The position numbers and the translations under genes are program-made. A model generated the notes under the pieces. The model saw only the letters and a list, made by a program, of their open reading frames with translations. It searched no databases and was not told the origin of the DNA. A stretch of 61,403 bases of DNA, the filler included, from Anaerolineae bacterium (GTDB lineage Bacteria > Chloroflexota > Anaerolineae > Epilineales > Epilineaceae): NCBI GenBank assembly GCA_029262755.1. It is 6 parts of 6 records of this genome, joined end to end, with 100 filler letters (N's around TTAATTAATTAA, not from the genome) between each part and the next. Parts side by side here need not be neighbours in the genome. Positions count along the whole stretch, not along the records: positions 39,198 to 52,846 come from JAJCYU010000115.1; positions 52,947 to 56,729 come from JAJCYU010000118.1; 4 more parts are not named here. One strand, 5' to 3'. Positions 43,554-53,760 of this stretch are shown here, in pieces (position 1 is the first letter of the stretch; each line of letters opens with the position of its first letter).

Positions 43554-44833
43554 GTTGTGTACTCCGCGTTGATCGTGATGTAGTCGTGCGTCAGGTCCGT
43601 GGTCCAGACCGTGGCGCTGCCGCTTCCATCAGCGAGATCGAGTAGAAGGCGAAAGGAATCGCCCGCCATGATGTCCGCCGCAGCCCGCACATCGAAGCCG
43701 GAGGCTGCACCGTCGGCGGCAAGTTGGAGCGCGTCGGGGTCTTCGTCCGCGTTCGGAGCGGCCGAATCGGGGGCGAGCCACAGCGAAAGGCGCGCGGCGT
43801 CGAGCGGCACACCGGCGCGCCCGGCAGCGGCCAGCACGCGGCCCCAGTTCGGATCCCCGCCCGCGAAGGCCGTCTTGACCAACGGCGACGTCGCGATGGT
43901 GCGGGCGATGGTGCGGGCCGCCGCGTCGCTAGGTGCGCCGCGCACCTGCAGCGTCACGAAGCGGCTTGCGCCCTCGCCGTCACGTACGATCGCACGAGCG
44001 AGGTGCTCGCACAACTGGGCGAGCGCCGCCGCGAACAGAGCTTCGTCGTCCGCGCCTTCGACGAGCACGTCGGAAGCGCCGGAGGCCAGCAAGAGCACGC
44101 TGTCGTTCGTGCTTGTGTCGCCGTCGACGCTGATCGCATGGAAGCTGCGATCGACCGCGCGGGCCAGGTGGTCGGAGGCCTGCGCGGGCGATACCTGCGC
44201 GTCGGTCGTCAGCACGGCCAGCATGGTTGCCATGTCCGGATGGATCATGCCCGAACCCTTCGCGATCCCGCCGATGGTCACGCGACCGCCGGCGAGCGCG
44301 ACGGACACCGCGCCGTGCTTCACGCACGTATCGGTGGTCAGGATCGCCCGGGCTGCGGCCAGACCTGCCTCGGCACTCGACCCAAGCGCGGTGGTGGCCT
44401 TCTCAATACCGGCGAGCACACGCTCGGTGTCCAGCGGTACGCCGATCACACCGGTGGATAGCACGAGCACCTGCTCCGCCGGGCAGCCGATGCGACGCGC
44501 GACATCCGCCTGCATCGCGGCGGCCGCCGCGTCGCCGGCGGGGCCGGTGCAGGCGTTCGCGTTGCCGCTGTTGGCGATTACGGCCCGCGCCCGTCCGCCG
44601 CTTGCGGCCAGCGCGGCGCGGTCGAGCGTCACGGGCGCCGCCGCGACCTGGTTGCGCGTGAACACGCCGGCCGCGGCGCACACAGCATCGGCCAGAATCA
44701 ACGCGATGTCGGGCGCGCCCGAGCGCTTCAGACCTGCCGTTGCGGCGCCGGCCTGGAATCCGGCCGGCGTGATCACCGACCCGTCCTCGATCCAGCGCAC
44801 AGTGCCTGGCGCGCCCGTTGCGTGCTCAGTCAC
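43550..44833 (-). CDS. argJ: Ornithine acetyltransferase ArgJ
   Basis: [60 protein letters not shown]. Confidence 0.97.
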   Translation of the reverse strand: MTEHATGAPGTVRWIEDGSVITPAGFQAGAATAGLKRSGAPDIALILADAVCAAAGVFTRNQVAAAPVTLDRAALAASGGRARAVIANSGNANACTGPAGDAAAAAMQADVARRIGCPAEQVLVLSTGVIGVPLDTERVLAGIEKATTALGSSAEAGLAAARAILTTDTCVKHGAVSVALAGGRVTIGGIAKGSGMIHPDMATMLAVLTTDAQVSPAQASDHLARAVDRSFHAISVDGDTSTNDSVLLLASGASDVLVEGADDEALFAAALAQLCEHLARAIVRDGEGASRFVTLQVRGAPSDAAARTIARTIATSPLVKTAFAGGDPNWGRVLAAAGRAGVPLDAARLSLWLAPDSAAPNADEDPDALQLAADGAASGFDVRAAADIMAGDSFRLLLDLADGSGSATVWTTDLTHDYITINAEYTT

Positions 44834-46862
44834 GCTTGAACTTCGAGAAGTCTGGCGCGGCGTAGCGGGTCTTCCCGCCACCCGAGACGTCCATCATGGC
44901 TTGCACCTTCATCTGCAGGCCGAAGAGCCGAATGAAACCGGCCGCGTCGGACTGATCGTAGACATCGTCCTCGCCGAAGGTCGCGAAGTCCTCGCGGTAC
45001 AGGCTGTTGGGGCTGTAGCGCCCGTCGATGATGACGGAGCCCTTGTAGAGCTTGAGCTTCACCCAACCGGTGACCGTGTGCTGGGTCTCGCCGATGAAGG
45101 CCTGCAGGCTCTCACGCAGTGTGTGGTACCACTGGCCGAAGTAGACCAGCTCCGCGTAGCGCAGGGCCATCTGCTCCTTGAAGTGCATCGTTTCCCGGTC
45201 CAGGCAAAGGGACTCGAGCTCGCGGTGCGCTGCGTAGAGCAGGGTGCCGCCGGGCGTCTCATACACACCGCGCGACTTCATGCCGACGAGCCGGTTCTCG
45301 ACGATGTCGATGCGCCCGACACCGTGGCGAGCGGCGATTTCGTTCAGCGTCTCGATCAGCGCCGCCGGGCCGAGGTCGACGCCGTTCACACTGACCGGTG
45401 AACCCTGGCGGAAGCCAAGCTCCACGATCTCCGGCTCGTCGGGCGCATCCTGCGGATCGACGGTCCACAAGAACATGTCGGGATCGGGCGCGTTGGCCGG
45501 ATTCTCGAGAATGCCGCCCTCGTGGCTGATGTGCCACAGATTGCGGTCGCGGCTGTAGATCGACTTCTCGCGGCTCTCGATGGGCACCCCGTACAGCTCG
45601 GCGTAGTCCAACGCGTCTTCGCGCGAGCGAATGTGCCACTCCCGCCACGGCGCGATCACCTGCAAGGTCGGATCGAGCGCCTGGAACGTCAACTCGAAGC
45701 GGACCTGGTCGTTGCCCTTGCCCGTGCAGCCGTGCGCCACGGCGTCCGCGCCGTACTCCTGCGCGATCGCCACCTGCCACTTCGCGATCAGCGGCCGCGC
45801 GATCGAGGTCCCCAGCAAGTACTGACGCTCGTAGACGGCCCCCGAATGCATCATGGGGAAGAGGAAATCGGATGCGAACTCGTCGCGCAGATCCTGGACG
45901 ATGACCTCGCTTGCACCGCTGGCGAGCGCCTTCTCGCGCAGGCCCTCCAGCTCGCTGCCTTGGCCGAGATCGGCGCAGAAGCAAATAACCTTGCAGCCGT
46001 AGTTCTCACGCAACCAAGGCACGATGACGGAGGTGTCGAGCCCGCCGGAATAGGCGAGCACCACCTTGGATGCACTCTTGGCTTCCGATGACATGGGGCG
46101 ATTCCTTTGCAGGGCGAAACCGGAGCGGCCGAGCACCGCCGGTGGAGGATAGGCCGGCAACGGGGGCACGATGCCCGCCGGCGGGAGGTTGGGACCGACG
46201 TGCGGCCGCGCGCCAGTGGCGGTGGTCGTGGCCGGGCGTGTGTCATCCACTGGCAATTTCGAGGTCGCGGCCGGATCGCTGACATCCGTCATTCGGCCGC
46301 CGTGTGCGAGATCCTCGACGTCGTCGGACACCGTCTTCGCGAGGTCGGCGAGGAAGGCCGCGACCTCTAGCCGAAGCGCGGTCTCGTCGCAGGCGTCGAT
46401 CAGCGGGCAGTTGAGGCAGTCCTTCCACACCTTCTCGGGAAAGTCCTCCCGTGCGGCGAGCTGGAAGCCGAGCCGCTCGAAGAAGGGCGTAGCGCGGGTC
46501 AGCGTGAAGAGCGTTGGAATGCCGCGCGCGTCCGCAAGCTCCGCCAGCGCAACGACGATGCGCCGCCCGACCCCATGACCCTGGAGCTCGTCGCGCACGA
46601 TGGTGGTGCGCACCTCCGCGAGCGAAGAGCTATAGGGCGCGATCGCGCCGCACGCAACCACCGCCTCTTCGCGCTCCGCCACGACCCAATCCGCGATCGT
46701 GATGCGGATCGCGGCCGCCGGACGCGGCAACACGTCGCCACGCGCCGCGTACTGCGCGACGAGCGCAGCCACGGCCGGCACGTCCTCGACGCGCGCGGGA
46801 CGCACCGTGATAGGTGCAGCAAAAACGCCAGGCCGGTGGCCTGACGGTCGACGATCGCTCAC
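44826..46862 (-). CDS. argG: GNAT N-acetylglutamate synthase (short ArgA) fused in frame to argininosuccinate synthase
   Basis: [35 protein letters not shown]. Arg[43 protein letters not shown]. No stop between them; alternative ATG at 46094 with AAAGGA. Confidence 0.93.
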   Translation of the reverse strand: MSDRRPSGHRPGVFAAPITVRPARVEDVPAVAALVAQYAARGDVLPRPAAAIRITIADWVVAEREEAVVACGAIAPYSSSLAEVRTTIVRDELQGHGVGRRIVVALAELADARGIPTLFTLTRATPFFERLGFQLAAREDFPEKVWKDCLNCPLIDACDETALRLEVAAFLADLAKTVSDDVEDLAHGGRMTDVSDPAATSKLPVDDTRPATTTATGARPHVGPNLPPAGIVPPLPAYPPPAVLGRSGFALQRNRPMSSEAKSASKVVLAYSGGLDTSVIVPWLRENYGCKVICFCADLGQGSELEGLREKALASGASEVIVQDLRDEFASDFLFPMMHSGAVYERQYLLGTSIARPLIAKWQVAIAQEYGADAVAHGCTGKGNDQVRFELTFQALDPTLQVIAPWREWHIRSREDALDYAELYGVPIESREKSIYSRDRNLWHISHEGGILENPANAPDPDMFLWTVDPQDAPDEPEIVELGFRQGSPVSVNGVDLGPAALIETLNEIAARHGVGRIDIVENRLVGMKSRGVYETPGGTLLYAAHRELESLCLDRETMHFKEQMALRYAELVYFGQWYHTLRESLQAFIGETQHTVTGWVKLKLYKGSVIIDGRYSPNSLYREDFATFGEDDVYDQSDAAGFIRLFGLQMKVQAMMDVSGGGKTRYAAPDFSKFKRD

Positions 46863-46891
46863 GCTGTACCGCGCTCCTGCGCAAAGGCGCG

Positions 46892-46975
46892 TTAGCCGGG
46901 CACCGCTGGGAAGCGTCCGCCGACCGCGAGGGGCCGGCGGCACAAACGGATGCGGTGCGCCTGATGCTCGAACAT
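46892..46975 (-). CDS. Candidate leaderless 27-aa leader peptide [27 protein letters not shown]
   Basis: TAGAAT (46989-46984)-N8-ATG. The stop is followed directly by a hairpin covering the argA SD. Confidence 0.35.
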   Translation of the reverse strand: MFEHQAHRIRLCRRPLAVGGRFPAVPG

Positions 46976-46986
46976 GGCCGCAGATT

Positions 46987-49296
46987 CTAGGGGCGGCGGG
47001 CCGGAGGGGCCAACCGCGGGGGCGACGCCACGCCGTCCACTCGGTCCGGCGATGCGACATCGGACCGCGACGGATTTTCGATCGTCGTCACGGGCTCTGC
47101 ACGATACGCCGGCACGGCGACGCCGAACAAGCCCCACGCGTTGACCACGAGCGCGAGCACGACGGACAGCACGACAGCGGCTGGAGCCGCCCACTGGCGT
47201 ACCCGTTCGGCCCCCGCAGAGCGCCCGCGAATGGAGTCGACCAGTTGCGCAAGCGCGCTCCACCCTGCAACAACGAGGATGGCGATGGCGGGCAGCGCGT
47301 GGAACAGGTAGCGCCCCTGTTGCTGGTTGAAGGTCATGTTGTAGGCAACCAGAGCCGCGAAGGAGGCGCCGGTGAAGGCAAGGCAAGCGATGGTCGTCCG
47401 GATGTCGGGTAGCGGCGAGCGTGCGTTGTGCGTCGGCGGACCACCCGTACTGGTGCCGACGTCGGCAACTCGCGCACGGCGCGCGTGGTCGTGCGACCCA
47501 TCGCACGGTGCGTTGGCCAACGGGCCTCGCGACGTGCCGTGCGGCAAGCCAATCGACGTGCCTTGCGGCGTTCCTCGCGACGTTCCTCGCGACGTGCTGT
47601 GCGGCGTGACACGCGACGTGCCTGGTGATGCTCGATTCGACGTGCCTCGCGACGCGCTGTACGTCCCGCTCTGCGACGTTTCTTGCAACGTGTCTCGCGA
47701 CGCGCTGTGCGCCGTGCCTTGCGCGAACGATGGTCCATCGCCGTTACGTTCGGAGGCGAAAGCGCCCAAGCCTGCGGCGAGCGGGATGGAGCGATGGCCG
47801 ACGGGCACAGCGCGCAGCCCCGGGTCGAGCCGCCCATCCCGCGTCGCGGTCGCGCGTTCATTGGAGCCCGTGCGCAACCAGGGGTACGTCGCCGCGCGGG
47901 TCCGTCCCACCGCCGCTCGCACAAGCGCAACGGCCCAGCCCGCCGCCGCGAGGGCGACGGCGATCGTGGCGAGCCGGTACATTCCTTGCGGCAGCCACAG
48001 GTTCACGAAGCCGAAGGACGCGAGCCCGGTCTCCCAGGAATTGCGCCAGAATATGGGGCTCGCGAGGACTTCCATCACGCCTCGTTCAAGCATCCACGCC
48101 GTGCAGCAGTTTGGATCGATCCGCTCCTGGCGGCCGAGCGGATCGCCGTACAACATCGCATTGCGCGCCAACCACGGCCCCCAAAGGAGCAAGATCGGCG
48201 CGAACCAGGCCGCCATCGCGGTCGCCCAGCGGCGCAGCGGCATCCGTCCGATCCCTAGCAGCACCAGCGGCAGAGCGGTCACGAGGGTCAGCTTCGTGAG
48301 CAGCCCAAGGCCCATGGTGAATCCGAGCAGCGCGTACGCCCCGGCGCCGGCCTCGCCGGTCCTTTCGCCCGCACCGCCTATCTCTCGACTGGCACCAGCA
48401 TTCAGGCCGGTCCTATCGCCCGCGGCACCCTTGCCCCGACGCCTATCGACACTTCTGCCTTCCCAGATGCCTCGTGCGCGCTTCCCGTCGACCGCCACAT
48501 CGTCGCCACCGCGCGTGCCACTGCGTCCACGCGCAATCGCGAGAGCTTGACGAAGCGCGAGCGCACCGAAGAGCCACGTCAGCGCATCGTTGTTGACCGC
48601 GGAGCTGAGCATCGCCCGCGTCGGCACGCTCGTCGCCACGACGGCCGTGACCCAGGCCGCCGTTGGGCGACCGGCAAAGACGTCGACCGCGAGCCCGGCC
48701 GTCACCCAGGCGGCCGCGCACGCGATGGCCAACGTGAAGAGGCGCAGCACCAGGAGTCCGGCCGGGAAATCGCGATCACGAAACCAGCCGACCTCCGCAT
48801 GCTCGAAGAAGCCCACCTCGCGCGGGGCCCCATCGGGCGGCGGGCGCCCGCCGACAAACTCCTCGTTATGTCGTTTGACCCATGGATCGAGGCTGAGGTG
48901 TGGGGCACCGAGCGTCTCCGCGGCGACGAGCACCGCGGCGGCTCCCACGTAGTAGAGCGGCGGCTGGTGCGCCTCCATGCGAACGAACGGTCCGTTCACA
49001 GCCAAGGGGTCGGGCAACTGACGTGTGCGCGCCAGGTGCACAACCATGCCCACGTGATGGATCTCGTCCGGCTTCTCGAACGGCGGCGCCCACAGCGCCC
49101 ACGGCAGCCCGAGCACGAAGGCGAGCAGCGTGATGGACGTGGGGATGAGCAGGCCAGGACGGCAAGATTGTTGGCGGAGACCGGCCATTGCCGGCCCAAC
49201 CGGCTCAGTCAGGCGTGAGGATCCTGGTGGCGAAACTGCCATCGGCGACGCGTCCTCTCGGGCAGGGGGAGTCCCCCGTCCGACGAGACGTCGCAC
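46987..49296 (-). CDS. GT-C fold membrane glycosyltransferase (DUF2142/ArnT-PMT-like)
   Basis: [50 protein letters not shown]; many TM helices. Start uncertain (49296 or 49242). Confidence 0.85.
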   Translation of the reverse strand: MRRLVGRGTPPAREDASPMAVSPPGSSRLTEPVGPAMAGLRQQSCRPGLLIPTSITLLAFVLGLPWALWAPPFEKPDEIHHVGMVVHLARTRQLPDPLAVNGPFVRMEAHQPPLYYVGAAAVLVAAETLGAPHLSLDPWVKRHNEEFVGGRPPPDGAPREVGFFEHAEVGWFRDRDFPAGLLVLRLFTLAIACAAAWVTAGLAVDVFAGRPTAAWVTAVVATSVPTRAMLSSAVNNDALTWLFGALALRQALAIARGRSGTRGGDDVAVDGKRARGIWEGRSVDRRRGKGAAGDRTGLNAGASREIGGAGERTGEAGAGAYALLGFTMGLGLLTKLTLVTALPLVLLGIGRMPLRRWATAMAAWFAPILLLWGPWLARNAMLYGDPLGRQERIDPNCCTAWMLERGVMEVLASPIFWRNSWETGLASFGFVNLWLPQGMYRLATIAVALAAAGWAVALVRAAVGRTRAATYPWLRTGSNERATATRDGRLDPGLRAVPVGHRSIPLAAGLGAFASERNGDGPSFAQGTAHSASRDTLQETSQSGTYSASRGTSNRASPGTSRVTPHSTSRGTSRGTPQGTSIGLPHGTSRGPLANAPCDGSHDHARRARVADVGTSTGGPPTHNARSPLPDIRTTIACLAFTGASFAALVAYNMTFNQQQGRYLFHALPAIAILVVAGWSALAQLVDSIRGRSAGAERVRQWAAPAAVVLSVVLALVVNAWGLFGVAVPAYRAEPVTTIENPSRSDVASPDRVDGVASPPRLAPPARRP
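47520..47725. repeat. Degenerate 12-bp repeats (SRGT-type) in a loop of the glycosyltransferase
   Basis: Recurrent CCTCGCGACGTG/TT units encoding ASRGTS/TSRG. Confidence 0.75.
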
Positions 49297-49532
49297 CGAT
49301 GCCTTGCACCAGGTTCACAGCGACAATGAGTTTGGCGGTCCAGCACGGGCTTGGAGCTCAGCTTGCGGCGCACGCTCCTCCAATTGACGAACACACGTGC
49401 AGCCTTCCGGCGCGAGCACGAAGCACATCGGAGAATTCGGACACGTCGCTCTGGCTACACCCTGGATCCGCCCCTGCGCGCGCGACGCGCGGTTTGAGCA
49501 CCGCGTGCTCCGAGCCGAGCAACGTCTCGCCC

Positions 49533-51776
49533 CTACTCCGCCGCCCCATCGCCCAACACCCCCTCCGCCAGACAGGCCGCAAGCGTGTCCACGAAGTGCC
49601 GGATCTGGTCGTCGCTGACGATCAGCGGCGGGCAGAGGCGCAGCGTGTGCGTACCGGCGCCGAGCGTGAGCACGCCGCGCTCGCGCATCGCGGCCACGAG
49701 TGGCGCGATCGGGGCGTCGAGCTCTGCGCCGATCATGAGGCCGCTGCCGCGTACGTCGACCAGGTGGTCGCTTTCCATGGCGTGCAGGGCTTCGACCAGC
49801 AGCTCGCCCTTTCGTTGGACTTCCGCCAAGAACGCCGGCTGTGCGACGCGGCCGAACACGTGCTCCGCCGCGCGGCAGACCAGCGGGCCGCCCGCGAAGG
49901 TGCTGCCGTGGTCGCCGGGAACGATGGCGTCGGCGACGTGCTGCGTCATGAGGATCGCGCCGATCGGCAGGCCGTTGGCCAAGGGCTTGGCCACGCACAG
50001 GATGTCCGGCGTGATGCCGTAGCGCTCGTAGGCCCACAGATCGCCCGTCCGGCCCATGCCGCATTGGATCTCGTCCAGCACCAGGAGCGCGCCGTGCTCG
50101 TCGCACAGGCTGCGCAGCCCCGCCATGAATTCGGGTGTCGCCGGGTGGTAACCGCCCTCGCCTTGCACGGGCTCGACGAAGACCGCGCCGGTGTCGGGGC
50201 CGATGGCCGCCTCCGCCGCGGCGAGATCGTTGAAGGGCGTAAACACGATGCCCGGCAGCAGCGGTGCGAAGGGCTCGCGATACGCCGCCTTGTGCGTGAG
50301 GGAAAGCGCGCCGGCCGAGCGCCCGTGGAAGGCACGCTCGAAGGCCACGAGTCCGGTCTTCGCGAACGGGACCGCGGTGTCGCTCGCGCCACCCGCATCC
50401 CACGTGGCGCGCACACGCTTGCGAGCGAACTTGAGCGCGCCCTCGACGGCCTCGCCGCCGGCGTTGGTGAAGAAGACGCGATCGGCGAACGAATGCTCGC
50501 AGAGCTGCGCTGCGAGGCGGATGTAGGGCTCCGTGTAATGCAGGTTTGACACGTGCGTCAACCGTCCGGCCTGCTCGGCGAGGACGGCGGCCAGCTCCGG
50601 ATCGGCGTGACCGAGCGCTGCGACCGCGATGCCGGCGTGGAAGTCGAGGAAGCGGCGGCCTTCCGTGTCGAAGAGCCAGGCGCCATCGCCGTGGGTGAAG
50701 ACCAGCGGCGGACGGCCGTAGTTCTGCAGCACGTACTCGCCGTCGAGCGCGATGAGCGCGGCGGCGTCTGGGGTCGTGGTCATGGCAGGCACCGGGTCCG
50801 GGTGGGGGATGGGGATGGGCGATGGCGAGGGCGAGGATGGTGGAATTCGTAGTGTTGGTGTTGGCGGTATTGGCGGTGTTGGTGGCGGTGGTGGCGCCGA
50901 CGGTGTTGTCGACTTGGAAGGCGCTGTCGACGCTGCAGAAGGATCGGCGGCCGAAGCGGGAGTTGTGCCCATGCCGGTGCCCGCCTCCCGATCCGACCCG
51001 CTCCGCCTCGCGGCCGCGCGCTGGGACGGCAGCGGTGCGATGAGCGTGCCCGCGCCGGGCGTGCGCAGCGAGGCGAGATCCGTGATGCGGGTGGGGATGC
51101 CGCGCTCGGCCGTGCGTAGCGCGGCGCGGACCTTAGGCACCATGCCGCCGCGGATGACGCGGATGTCGATCAAGCGCTCGACCTCGGCCGTGCGTAGGGT
51201 GCTCATGACCCCGCCCTCCACGAGCACTCCCGGTACGTCGGTCAGCAGCACGAGCTCCGTGTCGAGCGCGGCGGCAACGGCCGCCGCGGCGTCATCGGCG
51301 TTTACGTTGTAGGCCTCGCCGTCGAGACCGAGGGAGACGGGGCTGATCACGGGCACGACGCCCGCCGCGAGCGTTTCGCGCAGCACCTCGGCGCGCACGT
51401 GGACGATCTCGCCCACGCGGCCCAGGTCGCCATCCGGATGGATGCGCGGCGTGCAGCGCAGCAGGCCGCGGTCGATCCCGGACAGGCCGAGCGCTTCCAC
51501 GCCGCCGGCGAGCAGGGCGCGCACCAGGCGTTTGTTCGCATCGCCCGAGAGCGCCATCTCCACCGCCGGCATCGCCTGCGGCGGTGTGACGCGCAGGCCG
51601 TCGATCTTGTGGGCCTCGTGGCCCAAGGCGGCCTGGAGCGCGGCGATCCCGTCGCCGCCGCCGTGAACCAGTACCGGACGTTCGGCCTCGGGGAGTGCGG
51701 CGATCCACGCGGCCAGCTCTGCGAGCAGCGCCGGCTCGTCCAGCAACCGGCCGCCGAGCTTGAGCACGCGGGTCAT
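49533..51776 (-). CDS. argD: Acetylglutamate kinase (ArgB) fused in frame to acetylornithine aminotransferase (ArgD)
   Basis: ArgB: VLKLGG, VHGGG, GLRVT, NVNAD, GGMVPK. Pro-rich linker. ArgD: ALGH, FHGRS, EPVQGEGG, DEIQCGMGRTG, AKPLANG. ATG 51776 overlaps the argC stop. Confidence 0.93.
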   Translation of the reverse strand: MTRVLKLGGRLLDEPALLAELAAWIAALPEAERPVLVHGGGDGIAALQAALGHEAHKIDGLRVTPPQAMPAVEMALSGDANKRLVRALLAGGVEALGLSGIDRGLLRCTPRIHPDGDLGRVGEIVHVRAEVLRETLAAGVVPVISPVSLGLDGEAYNVNADDAAAAVAAALDTELVLLTDVPGVLVEGGVMSTLRTAEVERLIDIRVIRGGMVPKVRAALRTAERGIPTRITDLASLRTPGAGTLIAPLPSQRAAARRSGSDREAGTGMGTTPASAADPSAASTAPSKSTTPSAPPPPPTPPIPPTPTLRIPPSSPSPSPIPIPHPDPVPAMTTTPDAAALIALDGEYVLQNYGRPPLVFTHGDGAWLFDTEGRRFLDFHAGIAVAALGHADPELAAVLAEQAGRLTHVSNLHYTEPYIRLAAQLCEHSFADRVFFTNAGGEAVEGALKFARKRVRATWDAGGASDTAVPFAKTGLVAFERAFHGRSAGALSLTHKAAYREPFAPLLPGIVFTPFNDLAAAEAAIGPDTGAVFVEPVQGEGGYHPATPEFMAGLRSLCDEHGALLVLDEIQCGMGRTGDLWAYERYGITPDILCVAKPLANGLPIGAILMTQHVADAIVPGDHGSTFAGGPLVCRAAEHVFGRVAQPAFLAEVQRKGELLVEALHAMESDHLVDVRGSGLMIGAELDAPIAPLVAAMRERGVLTLGAGTHTLRLCPPLIVSDDQIRHFVDTLAACLAEGVLGDGAAE

Positions 51777-52846
51777 CGTAGGCCCTCGGTCTCGGCCAGG
51801 CCGCACATCACGTTCATGTTCTGCACCGCCTGACCGGCGGCACCCTTGACGAGGTTGTCGATCGCCGAGCGCAGGAGGATCGTCGCGCCGTCCGGCGAGG
51901 GCACGAGATCGAGCGCGATCACGCAGCGGTTCGTGCCGACGACGTGGTTCAGGCTCGGCTCGACGCCGGGCGGCAACAGCCGCACGAAGGGCTCGTCCGC
52001 ATAGGCGCGAGCGTAGCGTGCACGGAGCCGATCGGCGTCCGCTTCCCCGGCCAGCGGCACGTAAATCGTGGACAGGATGCCGCGGCGCACCGGCAGTAGA
52101 TGGGGTGTGAAGAGCACCGAGGGTGCGCGCACGCCCACGCGATCCCTTGCCGCGACGTTGTCGCCGTCGACGTCCCTCACGATGCCCCCGTCGTTTGCGA
52201 CACCCTCGCCCCCGTCCGCCATCCCGCCCGGCGCAACGTGCTCGCCCCACCAGCGGGTGACGAGCTGTTCGATCTCCGGCAGGTGGCGGTGGCTGCGTCC
52301 GACGGCGTATGCGTTGAAGTTGTCCGCGACCTCGACGAAGTGGGTGTGCTGCTTCGGCGCGCGCCCCGCACCGGACACGCCGGATTTGCTGTCCGCGATG
52401 AAGGGGCCCCGCAGCAGGTGGTTGATCTCGGGATCGAGCAGCAGCGGGCCGAGGGCCAGCAGGATGCTCGTGGGGTAGCAGCCGGGGTTGGCCACCAGCC
52501 GCGCGCCGGGCAGCTGGTCGCGCGCATACTCGGTGAGGCCGTAGACGGCCTCGTCCAAGAGCGCGGGCACGGGATGCGCGACGCCGTACCACGCGGCGTA
52601 GCGGTCCGCGTCGCGGAGGCGGAAGTCAGCGCTGAGATCGACGACCTTGGCCCCGGCCTCCAGCGCCCGCGCGGCGGTCGGGGCGGCCGCGGCGTGCGGG
52701 AGGCACAGGAAGGCCACGTCCAGCCCGTCCAACGGCGCCTCGTCGTGCGGCACGAGGGCCAGCGGGGGAGCGCCGGGTATCACATCGTCCAACGTCCGGC
52801 CGGCGTAGGTGCGCGACGTCGCGAAGACCGTCTCCGCCCCGGGATG
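51773..52846 (-). CDS. argC: N-acetyl-gamma-glutamyl-phosphate reductase (5' partial)
   Basis: FLCLPH, VDLSADFRL, VANPGCYPT, KSGVSGAGR, HRHLPEI, IDNLVKGAAGQAVQNMN. Confidence 0.97.
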   Translation of the reverse strand, partial: HPGAETVFATSRTYAGRTLDDVIPGAPPLALVPHDEAPLDGLDVAFLCLPHAAAAPTAARALEAGAKVVDLSADFRLRDADRYAAWYGVAHPVPALLDEAVYGLTEYARDQLPGARLVANPGCYPTSILLALGPLLLDPEINHLLRGPFIADSKSGVSGAGRAPKQHTHFVEVADNFNAYAVGRSHRHLPEIEQLVTRWWGEHVAPGGMADGGEGVANDGGIVRDVDGDNVAARDRVGVRAPSVLFTPHLLPVRRGILSTIYVPLAGEADADRLRARYARAYADEPFVRLLPPGVEPSLNHVVGTNRCVIALDLVPSPDGATILLRSAIDNLVKGAAGQAVQNMNVMCGLAETEGLR

Positions 52847-52946
52847 NNNNNNNNNNNNNNNNNNNNNNNNNNNNNNNNNNNNNNNNNNNNTTAATTAATT
52901 AANNNNNNNNNNNNNNNNNNNNNNNNNNNNNNNNNNNNNNNNNNNN
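52847..52946. other. Artificial contig spacer
   Basis: N44-TTAATTAATTAA-N44. Confidence 0.99.
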
Positions 52947-53071
52947 AGGCCGTTGTCGCCCACCTGCTCGCACTGACGGCACGTTGGCCGGACGACCTGA
53001 CCACGAATGGTGGCGACGCGCCGTGTGGCAGCGAGAGCAGCGACCCGGGTGACAGCGCGGGGCTCGCGTGA
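52947..53071 (+). CDS. 3' end of an unidentified gene
   Basis: Open frame AVVAHLLALTARW...DSAGLA* whose TGA overlaps the next GTG (GTGA). Confidence 0.45.
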
Positions 53072-53760
53072 TCCGCGGGACGGCGACGTTCCTGTTGGCC
53101 GTAGGCGTGCCGCTCGCGCTCGCGGCCGCTGTGGTATCGATCCTGGCCACCCCCGCCGCCGTACGCATGGAGTACGAGCGGCCGGGCTTCCCGCCGTCCG
53201 TAGGCATGTCGCACGAGCAACGCGCGGAGCTCGCCGTGGTCTCCACCCGCTACGTGGTCGGCAACGCGACGACGGCCGAGCTGGAGGCGCTGCGACGGCC
53301 CCTGCCCGACGGCGGTGACGCACGCGATGCGCTCTACGCGGCCGACGAGGTCGAGCATCTGCGGGACGTGCGGGTGCGGATCACGTGGCTCCGACGAGCC
53401 GGGTTGCTCGCGGGGCTGGCGCTGGCCGCCGCGTGGCTCGTGCCCGCCTGGCGCCCGACGGCCGCACGCGCGAGCGTGTGGGGCGGCGGGATGACGGTGG
53501 GCCTCATCGCCCTGCTCGGGGCCGGGATTGCGGTCGCCTGGTCGTGGCTCTTCACCACGTTTCACGTCCTGCTCTTTCCGGAGGGCACCTGGCAGTTCGC
53601 GGCCGATAGCGGCCTGATCCGGCTCTTCCCCGACGTCTTCTGGTCGGACGCCGCGGTCGCGCTTGTCGGCGGCGTTGCGCTCGGCGGCCTCGGGATCGCG
53701 CTCATCGGTAGGGCCCATGCACGACGTCGGTTCGTTCCTACGCGCAGGAGAAGACGATGA
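53068..53760 (+). CDS. DUF1461/TIGR01906 membrane protein, lipoprotein intramolecular transacylase (Lit)-like
   Basis: EVEHLRDVR and FTTFHVLLFP (two conserved His), LIRLFP..FW, four TM helices. Confidence 0.82.
   Translation: MIRGTATFLLAVGVPLALAAAVVSILATPAAVRMEYERPGFPPSVGMSHEQRAELAVVSTRYVVGNATTAELEALRRPLPDGGDARDALYAADEVEHLRDVRVRITWLRRAGLLAGLALAAAWLVPAWRPTAARASVWGGGMTVGLIALLGAGIAVAWSWLFTTFHVLLFPEGTWQFAADSGLIRLFPDVFWSDAAVALVGGVALGGLGIALIGRAHARRRFVPTRRRRR

Noticed and set aside
43599..45401. Long + strand ORFs antisense to real genes (e.g. 600 aa here, also 41593..43254, 23656..25113, 1825..3072)
   Set aside because: Shadow ORFs expected in high-GC DNA; no motifs or RBS.
51777..52592. 1019-aa ORF as an ArgC-B-D triple fusion
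   Set aside because: The upstream part is an alternative frame of argC; argC stops at 51773 and ArgB starts at 51776.
52947..53071. Calling the 3' fragment cmk
   Set aside because: Only 40 aa are visible; the neighbourhood is suggestive but there is no diagnostic motif.
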